A model generated the notes under the pieces. It searched no databases. It was not told where the DNA came from and saw only the letters and a program-made list of their open reading frames with translations. From Bacteroidales bacterium (GTDB taxonomy: Bacteria; Bacteroidota; Bacteroidia; Bacteroidales; WCHB1-69), in contig JBBQWB010000001.1 of NCBI GenBank assembly GCA_038210985.1, positions 41,518 through 105,517 of the forward strand: a stretch of 64,000 nucleotides of DNA. Reading direction: 5' to 3'. The translations under genes were made by a program, and so were the position numbers. How positions within the stretch are numbered: the first letter of the stretch is position 1; the number at the start of each line of letters is the position of its first letter. Below are positions 57,035-64,000 of this stretch, one piece after another.

Positions 57035-58996
57035 ATGTGTTTTAAAAGGTCGAATTTGAATGCTCTGTTTTTATTGTTACTGATAAGCTTCAGTTTGATT
57101 TCGTATGCACAAAAAAAAGACACAATCATAACTTTTGAGCCTATTCAAATTACTGCTAATTCGCTATTAAAAGAAAAGGCTTTAGTGAAAATAAAACTCG
57201 ATTCAGCAGTTTTACAGCAGGAATATAGTGCAAATTTATCCGAAGCTCTCTCAAGCCATTCTCCAATTTTTGTAAAAACATACGGACAAGGCTCGTTGGC
57301 AACTGTTTCGATGCGTGGTACGGCTGCTTCGCATACACAAGTTGAGTGGAATGGAATAAATATTAATAGCCCAATGTTGGGACAGGTTGATTTTTCGCAA
57401 ATTCCTGTTTGGTTTATCGACCAAATTGAGATTTTACCTGGAAGTAGCTCTCTGCAAAATGGCGGTGGTGCCATTGGTGGTAGCGTAAATATTTCAAGCG
57501 TACCTTCGTTTAATCGAAAATTTTATGGTTCGGTACTACAAAGTGTTGGAAGTTTTGAAACCTGTCAAAGTTTTATTCAAGTTGGTGGAGGAACCTCAAA
57601 ATTACAATTCAGGCTTAGAGTATTTAATGAAACCTCCAAAAATAACTTCGAATATTACAATAATGCCAATGGACTTTGGAATTACGAAAAACAGCAAAAT
57701 GCTGAATTTTCAAAGCAAGGTTTATTGTCCGAAATGTTTTATAATCGGAAAAATAATTCCTTTTCAATGGGTTTGTGGTTGCTTAAAAGCAATAGAAATT
57801 TGCCATCCATAATGTCGTATCAAGGTGCTGGACAAATAGAAACTCAATTAGATGAAGACATTAGATGGTCGGCAAAATGGAAGAGGTTTTTTAAACTTGG
57901 TTTTTCCGAACTTACCACTGGCTTTTCAATCGGAAATCTCGATTATTATTTAGCCAACGAAACAAATCTAGGAACCTATGTAAATTATAATACTCAAAGT
58001 AAATCGGTAAGTGGTTTTGCAAAACATTCATTAGAGTTGTCTTTTAGCAAAAAAATGTTTTTGAAATGGAATACTAATATTGATTATTCCAAAGCTTGGT
58101 TTATGGATAAAAAAACGGAACTTGGTTTCGATGCCAAAAGAATAAGTGTTGGTTCGAGCATCGCACTTTTTTATCAATTACATAAAAGATTTTCGACTTA
58201 TTTGTTAGTTCGAGATGAATTGGTGGACAAAAAAATTGTTCCCTTGATGCCATCTTTAGGTTTTGATTGGTCGATATTGTTTTTAAAAAACTTGTCGTTA
58301 AAAACTAATATTTCACGTAATTATCATCAACCAACCTTAAATGATTTGTATTGGAGTCCTGGTGGTAATCCATTGCTAAAGCCCGAACATGGCTATTCAG
58401 GTGATGTTGGTTTGTATTATTCCTTTTTACCAGATTCATTGTGTAAAATTACTGTTTCTGCCACGGCTTTTGCTTCTTTAATTAAGGATTGGATAATTTG
58501 GCAACCTGGCGAATTTAGATACTGGACAGCAACAAATATGCAAGAGGTTTTTGCACGTGGTTTTGAATCAAAAATGGATGCTAGTGCAACTCATAATAAA
58601 TGGAAATTTCAACTAAGTTTAAATTATTCATATACTCGAACAGCAAACCATGAAACGGACGAAAACGGAATATTATCTTTCAAAAATCAATTAATCTACA
58701 TTCCAATCCATAAAGCCAATTCTATGTTTAATGTTTTCTATCGCTCTTTTTCGATACATTATAACGTCAATTTTACAGGCGAAAGATATACGCTAGCTTC
58801 AAACGAGGAAACGCATCATAGTTTGCCTTGGTTTACATTACACAATATCGGATTTGGAAAAGTTTTTGAGTTTAATAGGTTAAAATTGGAAGTTCAAGCC
58901 AAAGTTAACAATCTTATCAATACCGACTACCAAGCTATTTTATGGCGTGCTATGCCTCGACGAAATGCACAAATATATGTAAAAATATCCTTTTAA
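57035..58996 (+). CDS. TonB-dependent outer-membrane receptor (BtuB-like, riboswitch-controlled)
   Basis: Signal peptide. Plug-domain motifs (...SMRGTAASHTQVEWNGININSPMLG...). Beta-barrel pattern with a terminal aromatic residue (...KISF). Sits directly behind the B12 riboswitch. Confidence 0.85.
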   Translation: MCFKRSNLNALFLLLLISFSLISYAQKKDTIITFEPIQITANSLLKEKALVKIKLDSAVLQQEYSANLSEALSSHSPIFVKTYGQGSLATVSMRGTAASHTQVEWNGININSPMLGQVDFSQIPVWFIDQIEILPGSSSLQNGGGAIGGSVNISSVPSFNRKFYGSVLQSVGSFETCQSFIQVGGGTSKLQFRLRVFNETSKNNFEYYNNANGLWNYEKQQNAEFSKQGLLSEMFYNRKNNSFSMGLWLLKSNRNLPSIMSYQGAGQIETQLDEDIRWSAKWKRFFKLGFSELTTGFSIGNLDYYLANETNLGTYVNYNTQSKSVSGFAKHSLELSFSKKMFLKWNTNIDYSKAWFMDKKTELGFDAKRISVGSSIALFYQLHKRFSTYLLVRDELVDKKIVPLMPSLGFDWSILFLKNLSLKTNISRNYHQPTLNDLYWSPGGNPLLKPEHGYSGDVGLYYSFLPDSLCKITVSATAFASLIKDWIIWQPGEFRYWTATNMQEVFARGFESKMDASATHNKWKFQLSLNYSYTRTANHETDENGILSFKNQLIYIPIHKANSMFNVFYRSFSIHYNVNFTGERYTLASNEETHHSLPWFTLHNIGFGKVFEFNRLKLEVQAKVNNLINTDYQAILWRAMPRRNAQIYVKISF

Positions 58997-59006
58997 AAAT
59001 ATACAA

Positions 59007-60074
59007 ATGAAGTACTTTACAAAACTGTTTTTTATTATTCTAATTTCAATTTTTATGTCATGTAAAAAAGAACCTCCCGAAACAAAAGAATATCAAGTTG
59101 ATGAAGGAGTTTTTATTTGCAACGAAGGTAATTTTATGAGTGGAAATTCTTCTTTGTCATTTTTTAATACTAAAACAAATGTAATTTACAATCAAGTATT
59201 TTTTAATGCTAATAATTTTCCATTAGGAGATGTTTGTCAATCGATGTTCATCTATGGAGATTATGGTTTTATTGTGGTAAATAATTCGGGCAAAATTATC
59301 GTCATTGACAAAAAAACATTTAAGTATAAAGCTTCCATTACTGGCTTAGTTTCTCCAAGATTTATAGAAGTTGTTTCTTCCACAAAAGCCTATGTTACGG
59401 ATTATAACAGTGGAATAATTTCAGTTTTTAATCCGATGACATTTCAAAAAACTGGAACTATTAATATTGGAATTAGCACCGAAGCTATTTGTAAAATAAA
59501 TACCGATATTTTTGTTTCAAGTTGGTCGTATAACAATAAGATTTTTAAAATAAATAGTTTAAATAATAAAGTTGTCGATTCTTTAATTGTTGTGATACAG
59601 CCAAATAGTATGGTGATTGATAAAAACAACAAACTTTGGATTTTATCAGACGGTGGTTTTGAGGGTTCGCCTTATGGTTGGGAAAAAGCTGCAATTACCC
59701 GCATTAACCCCTTGAGTTTTGAAATAGAACATGTGTATGAATTTTCTGATAAAAACTGTTCGCCAACCAAACTTTCGATAAATGGAACAAAAGATACACT
59801 ATATTATTTAAACGGAGGTTGGGGCGCAACTCAATCTCAAACAGGAGTTTGTAAAATGGCACTAACAGACGATAATTTACCAATAAATGTTTTAATACCT
59901 CAAGGAGCTAGACTTTTTTATGGTTTATCCATCGACCCACAAAAAAATGTTGTATATGTTTCGGATGCTGTGGATTATGTCCAAAAAGGATGGGTTTACC
60001 GATTTAAAACGAATGGTTCCATTATCGATTCTTGTAAAGTGGATATTGGACCTGCTAACTTTTGTTTTAAATAG
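59007..60074 (+). CDS. Surface lipoprotein, YncE-like beta-propeller repeat type (candidate corrinoid-binding accessory protein)
   Basis: Lipobox IFMSC. Repeated ~45-aa beta-strand units (..YVTDYNSGIISVF.., ..VYVSDAVDYVQKGWVYRF..). Starts 11 nt after the receptor gene. Confidence 0.55.
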   Translation: MKYFTKLFFIILISIFMSCKKEPPETKEYQVDEGVFICNEGNFMSGNSSLSFFNTKTNVIYNQVFFNANNFPLGDVCQSMFIYGDYGFIVVNNSGKIIVIDKKTFKYKASITGLVSPRFIEVVSSTKAYVTDYNSGIISVFNPMTFQKTGTINIGISTEAICKINTDIFVSSWSYNNKIFKINSLNNKVVDSLIVVIQPNSMVIDKNNKLWILSDGGFEGSPYGWEKAAITRINPLSFEIEHVYEFSDKNCSPTKLSINGTKDTLYYLNGGWGATQSQTGVCKMALTDDNLPINVLIPQGARLFYGLSIDPQKNVVYVSDAVDYVQKGWVYRFKTNGSIIDSCKVDIGPANFCFK

Positions 60075-60156
60075 TGCTTGTAAGGAAAAGCCAACTTCTT
60101 AGTCCCTTTTCCAATGAATTTGACGTTTTCTTATCGTACTAAAAATACATAAAATA

Positions 60157-61035
60157 TTACTGTTTTCCAGATACTTCTACTTGAGGTGCAATTTTTTTTA
60201 CCAAACCTTGCAGCACACTTCCTGGTCCTAATTCTACACATTCTGTCAATCCATCATTTGCCATGTTTTGAACAATTTGTGTCCATTTAACAGGAGCTGT
60301 AAGTTGAGCTATTAAATTCTTTTTAATTTCTTCCGGATTGGATGTTGGAAGGGCGGTAACATTTTGATAAATTGGACAAATAGGAGTGATAAATGGAGTT
60401 GAGTTAATTGCTTCGGCTAATTCTTCTTTAGCTGGATTCATCAATGGAGAGTGAAATGCACCGCCAACTTTTAGAATTAACGCACGTTTAGCACCAGCTT
60501 CTTTTAATTTTTCGCATGCAATATTAATGCCTTCAATAGAGCCTGAAATTACCAGCTGACCAGGACTATTGTAATTTGCAGCAACTACCACTTCGTTAAT
60601 GGTTGAAAGAACTGCTTCCACTTTTTCATCTTCTAAACCTAAAATGGCAGCCATGGTCGAAGGTTCTGCTTCGCAAGCTTTTTGCATTGCCATAGCTCGG
60701 CGATAAACTAATTTTAAACCATCTTCAAATGACAATGCTCCAGCTGCAACTAAAGCAGAAAACTCTCCTAATGAATGTCCAGCAACCATTTCTGGCTTAA
60801 ATTCTTCACCCAATGATTTTGCAAGTAATACAGAATGTAAGAAAATGGCTGGTTGTGTTACTTTGGTTTGACGCAAATCTTCGTCAGTTCCCGAAAACAT
60901 AATATCTGTAATTTTATAACCTAAAATTTCGTTTGCTCTTTCAAAAAGTGCCTTAATATCTTGATTTTGCTCATAAATTTCTTTACCCATTCCTACAAAT
61001 TGAGCTCCTTGTCCTGGAAAAACATATGCTTTCAT
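60157..61035 (-). CDS. fabD: Malonyl CoA-acyl carrier protein transacylase
   Basis: N-terminus FPGQGAQ, active-site GHSLGE, and GGAFHSPLM motif. Confidence 0.95.
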   Translation of the reverse strand: MKAYVFPGQGAQFVGMGKEIYEQNQDIKALFERANEILGYKITDIMFSGTDEDLRQTKVTQPAIFLHSVLLAKSLGEEFKPEMVAGHSLGEFSALVAAGALSFEDGLKLVYRRAMAMQKACEAEPSTMAAILGLEDEKVEAVLSTINEVVVAANYNSPGQLVISGSIEGINIACEKLKEAGAKRALILKVGGAFHSPLMNPAKEELAEAINSTPFITPICPIYQNVTALPTSNPEEIKKNLIAQLTAPVKWTQIVQNMANDGLTECVELGPGSVLQGLVKKIAPQVEVSGKQ

Positions 61036-61155
61036 AATCTATTTTTTTAGTTTGAAACCACAAAATTACTAAAAAACGAATATAAAAGAGGTTCTGAAAA
61101 TTCAATACCCGATATTTCTATTCCTGTTTTTTAGTCCTTTTTCCTCAGAGTTATT

Positions 61156-61292
61156 TCGGATTTGCAATCCGAGCAAACAGAAGGAAATCCCATGCAATCA
61201 AAGTTTGGCAGATACGCCACGTCAATCTTTGATATTAGGCTTGCCCGTTGGTGATAACACCAACAAGGGCAAGAATCCGAGCAAACAGAAGG
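61156..61292. repeat. GC-rich repeat cluster (module B hairpin, 19-nt direct repeat, module A hairpin)
   Basis: TCGGATT-TGC-AATCCGA (61156-61172). AATCCGAGCAAACAGAAGG occurs at 61166-61184 and again at 61274-61292. Hairpin CTTGCCCGTTGGTG/ATAA/CACCAACAAGGGCAAG (61240-61273). Confidence 0.8.
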
Positions 61293-61376
61293 TAATCTCT
61301 CGCACTCAAATTTCGGCGGTTTCGTGCAAGCACTTATTAATTCACTATGAGTAATTTAGCTCAATATTATTTTTAT

Positions 61377-62096
61377 TTAAATTATAGTGCAAGCCATTCC
61401 TGCAACACTAATTTTAACTCCATTAATTTGCATCAACATTTGGGCAGCTCCTTCAATGGTTGCACCTGTAGTAATAATGTCATCAACTAGTAATATATGC
61501 TTGTTTTCTAATGCTTTTTCGTCGGTAATTTTAAAAATTTCTTTTACATTTTCCCAACGCATAAACCTGCTTTTTCGAGTTTGAGTTGAGGTTGCAACCG
61601 TACGAATTAAACTAGTGATATCCATAGGAATACCCATACTATTTGATAAGCCAATGGCAAACATTTCACTTTGATTGTAGCCTCTAATTTTTTTCTTTTT
61701 GGGATGTAAAGGAATTGGAATAACAACATCTACCGATTTAAAAATGGGATTGGTTATAAGTTCTTGACCATAATCTTCTCCAATAATAACTCCAATTTCC
61801 TTCATTCCTTTATATTTGAAATTATGCATCAAGTGTTGAGTTTTTCCCTTTTTACGGAAAAAATAGCGAGCTGCGGCAGCTTCAATTTTTATTCTTCCCC
61901 AAAATACCTCCTCAAGAGGATTATTTCTTAAAGAATGATAAAAAGTTTTTGGCATCTCAACTTCACAATAGGAACAAATTAATCGTTCGTGCCTCATCAA
62001 AACCCTGTTGCATGCAGCACAAACCGAAGGGTAAAACAAGGAAATAAAATCTAAAACAAGGTTTTTTATAAACTTATTCATTCTATTCATAATCAA
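61377..62096 (-). CDS. ComF-family phosphoribosyltransferase-domain protein
   Basis: N-terminal double CxxC zinc-finger-like motif (CAACNR...CSYC). C-terminal PRTase motif ILLVDDIITTGATI. Confidence 0.75.
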   Translation of the reverse strand: MIMNRMNKFIKNLVLDFISLFYPSVCAACNRVLMRHERLICSYCEVEMPKTFYHSLRNNPLEEVFWGRIKIEAAAARYFFRKKGKTQHLMHNFKYKGMKEIGVIIGEDYGQELITNPIFKSVDVVIPIPLHPKKKKIRGYNQSEMFAIGLSNSMGIPMDITSLIRTVATSTQTRKSRFMRWENVKEIFKITDEKALENKHILLVDDIITTGATIEGAAQMLMQINGVKISVAGMACTII

Positions 62097-62112
62097 ATCT
62101 TCAAATTTTGAT

Positions 62113-62120
62113 TAATTTTG
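62113..62120 (+). promoter_or_regulatory. Candidate -7 promoter box (TAATTTTG)
   Basis: TAnnTTTG match 41 nt upstream of ATG 62162. Confidence 0.3.
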
Positions 62121-62161
62121 GCGCAAAGTTAAAACAAACATTATTCTAATCTCAAATTAAA

Positions 62162-63073
62162 ATGGAAAACAATAACGAATTAAAAAGATATAAAATTTCT
62201 ACTTACATCCTAAGTGTTGTTTGTTTGATTTTGTTGGGCGTTGTAATATTTTCTTCCTTAAAGGTAAAAACAATTGTGGTTGAAAAAAATAAAGCCGAAA
62301 TATTATCTACCGAATTGCAATCGGAATTAGATTCATTGGTAATAAATCATGAACGAATTAAGCAAGAATATGGAGCTGTTACTTCAAAATTAACCGAAAG
62401 AGATAGTGTTATTCAAGCAAATACAGAAGAAATTCGTAAATTAATTGCACGTCAAGCCGATTATAATAAAATTAAACGCAAACTAGAACTGCTTCGTACT
62501 ATTTCACAAGATTATGTTTTAAGAATTGACTCCATTAGTAGAGTTAATCAAGAACTAGTTTCCGAAAATAAAAAGATTAAAGAAGACGTAACAAAATACA
62601 AGCAAAATGCTACTGAGTTTGAACAGGAAACGGTTTCTTTAAAAGAGAAAATAAATACTGCTGCTCGATTAAAAGCTTATGGTGTTTCGGCAAAAGCGTT
62701 TAATTTAAAATCGAACGGAACCAAAGAAGAACAAACCGATCGTTCACGCAAAACCGAGCGAATCAAAGTGTCGTTTACGCTTAGCGAAAATTCAGTAGCA
62801 GAGTCGGGAAATAAAAATATCTACTGCCGAATTGCTCGACCCGATGGAAAAGTTTTGATTATTGGTGACGGAGATGCTTATTCGTTTGATACTGAAGGTC
62901 AAAAACTCCAATATTCGATTAAACAACAAGTAAGCTACGATAAAAAATCAATGAATATTAGTTTGATTTGGAATGTAATAGATTCAAAAAATGAAATGAT
63001 TCCTGGTAAATATTTTGCAATGGTTTATATTGATGGATATCAAATAGGTGAAGCTTCATTTGTGCTAAAATAA
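62162..63073 (+). CDS. Membrane-anchored coiled-coil protein with C-terminal beta-rich domain, unknown function
   Basis: N-terminal TM segment (ISTYILSVVCLILLGVVIFSS), ~140 aa of heptad-like charged sequence, then a beta-rich ~130-aa domain. Confidence 0.4.
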   Translation: MENNNELKRYKISTYILSVVCLILLGVVIFSSLKVKTIVVEKNKAEILSTELQSELDSLVINHERIKQEYGAVTSKLTERDSVIQANTEEIRKLIARQADYNKIKRKLELLRTISQDYVLRIDSISRVNQELVSENKKIKEDVTKYKQNATEFEQETVSLKEKINTAARLKAYGVSAKAFNLKSNGTKEEQTDRSRKTERIKVSFTLSENSVAESGNKNIYCRIARPDGKVLIIGDGDAYSFDTEGQKLQYSIKQQVSYDKKSMNISLIWNVIDSKNEMIPGKYFAMVYIDGYQIGEASFVLK

Positions 63074-63239
63074 AAAATGTTGGCAGGGTTAAACTTGCAG
63101 TAAATTTGACGGTTTCTTCTCAAATACTGGGTTTTGTTGCAAGCACTGAGTAAGGGAATTCTCAATTATTTTCTCAAATCGATATTGTATTTTTCATTAT
63201 CAAAATTATTTGTACTTTTATAAAAAAAATAAGAGTATT

Positions 63240-63917
63240 ATGATAAATTTTGAAGCATTATTTAAAGTGTCCTATGGACTTTACATTGTTTGTTCGGGAG
63301 ATAAGGATAAAGGAAATGGTTTTATTTCAAACACATTTTTTCAGGTAACGGCCGAGCCAGCTAAATTTGCTTCGTGTTGCAATAAAAATAATTATACTGC
63401 CGAATTGATTCAAAAACATGAAACTTTTTCTGTTTCTGTTTTAGGAGAAGAGGCTCCATCTGAACTTTTTGGGACATTTGGATATAAAAGTGGACGAGAA
63501 GTTGACAAATTTCAAGGTATGAATGTTAAATATGGAGAAACTGGTGTTCCCATTGTTTTAAACTCAAGTATTGCCTCTTTGGAATTTAAAGTAGTTCAAA
63601 CTGTTGATGTGGGAACTCATTTAATGTTTATTGGCGAGCTTGTTTGTGCCGAACTCGTGGAAGAATTGAAAGATCCAATGACTTATTTATATTACCGTCA
63701 AATTAAAAAAGGACTTTCACCAAAAAATGCACCCACTTATATCGACAAATCGAAATTAGAATTAAAAGCGACTGACTCCACTTTAAAAAGTCATAAATGT
63801 GTTGTTTGTGGCTATATTCACGATGAAGCATCCGAAACCATTAAATTTAAAGATTTGCCCAATGATTGGGTTTGTCCAATTTGTGGTGCCGAACAATCCG
63901 ATTTTATTGAAATTTAA
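63240..63917 (+). CDS. Flavin reductase-like domain fused to C-terminal rubredoxin (high-molecular-weight rubredoxin type)
   Basis: N-terminal flavin-reductase-like pattern (SYGLYIV..., ..VGTHLMFIGE). C-terminal rubredoxin CxxC...CPxCG (CVVCGY...WVCPICGA). ATG 63240 preferred over the listed TTG 63210. Confidence 0.75.
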   Translation: MINFEALFKVSYGLYIVCSGDKDKGNGFISNTFFQVTAEPAKFASCCNKNNYTAELIQKHETFSVSVLGEEAPSELFGTFGYKSGREVDKFQGMNVKYGETGVPIVLNSSIASLEFKVVQTVDVGTHLMFIGELVCAELVEELKDPMTYLYYRQIKKGLSPKNAPTYIDKSKLELKATDSTLKSHKCVVCGYIHDEASETIKFKDLPNDWVCPICGAEQSDFIEI

Positions 63918-63937
63918 TTAATTATATATTTAGTACT

Positions 63938-64000
63938 ATGACAAAATCATTAATTGGCACAAAAACAGAACAAAATCTATTAAAATCATTTGCCGGTGAA
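63938..64000 (+). CDS. Rubrerythrin, N-terminal fragment (continues beyond window)
   Basis: ATG 63938 opens MTKSLIGTKTEQNLLKSFAGE, which matches the characteristic rubrerythrin N-terminus (TEQNLL.AFAGES). Only 21 codons are visible. Confidence 0.6.
   Translation, partial: MTKSLIGTKTEQNLLKSFAGE

Noticed and set aside
809-61584. Numerous 60-125-aa ORFs nested antisense or out of frame within long genes. Examples: 809..1051, 2738..3016, 4916..5185, 6909..7139, 9436..9627, 10931..11164, 11293..11574, 21508..21885, 31341..31697, 32995..33369, 42607..42879, 51321..51689, 51488..51955, 57145..57474, 61387..61584
   Set aside because: Each lies wholly or largely inside a longer ORF that has clear family motifs. 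Their composition is typical of shadow frames in AT-rich DNA.

Overview
AT-rich Bacteroidota chromosomal segment, mostly core genome. Phylum evidence: TAnnTTTG-type promoter boxes, five proteins with T9SS C-terminal sorting domains, and a Bacteroidota-style dcw cluster. The backbone is a complete division/cell-wall operon on the minus strand (mraZ-rsmH-ftsL-ftsI-murE-mraY-murD-ftsW-murG-murC-ftsQ-ftsA-ftsZ-yqeY, 30.1-46.2 kb) with a three-box MraZ-type operator over its promoter. Other genes: topA, pheS, waaA, fabD, glnA, a FetAB-like ABC exporter, and an mtnA/class-II-aldolase/ahcY cluster for SAM by-product salvage. There is one tRNA-Thr(CGT), a cobalamin riboswitch ahead of a TonB-dependent receptor plus a beta-propeller-like lipoprotein, and a flavin-reductase-rubredoxin fusion next to rubrerythrin. 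I found no CRISPR array, rRNA, transposase, integrase or recognisable defence system. The least explained material is non-coding. (1) A ~0.95 kb ORF-free convergent intergenic region (29.1-30.05 kb) holds a GC-rich island, a 116-nt irregular hairpin and several further strong hairpins; it is a candidate structured RNA or repeat cluster. (2) GC-rich hairpin repeats (TCGGATT-NNN-AATCCGA and CCAACAAGGGCAA modules) recur at 48.2, 61.2 and, more weakly, 29.5 kb. (3) A ~260-bp inverted-repeat-bounded element lies upstream of the M4 peptidase gene. On the protein side, the notable items are a glutathione peroxidase fused to a T9SS sorting domain and an arginase-fold protein with half of its canonical metal ligands substituted. 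All assignments are by eye from motifs and gene order; no database search was possible.
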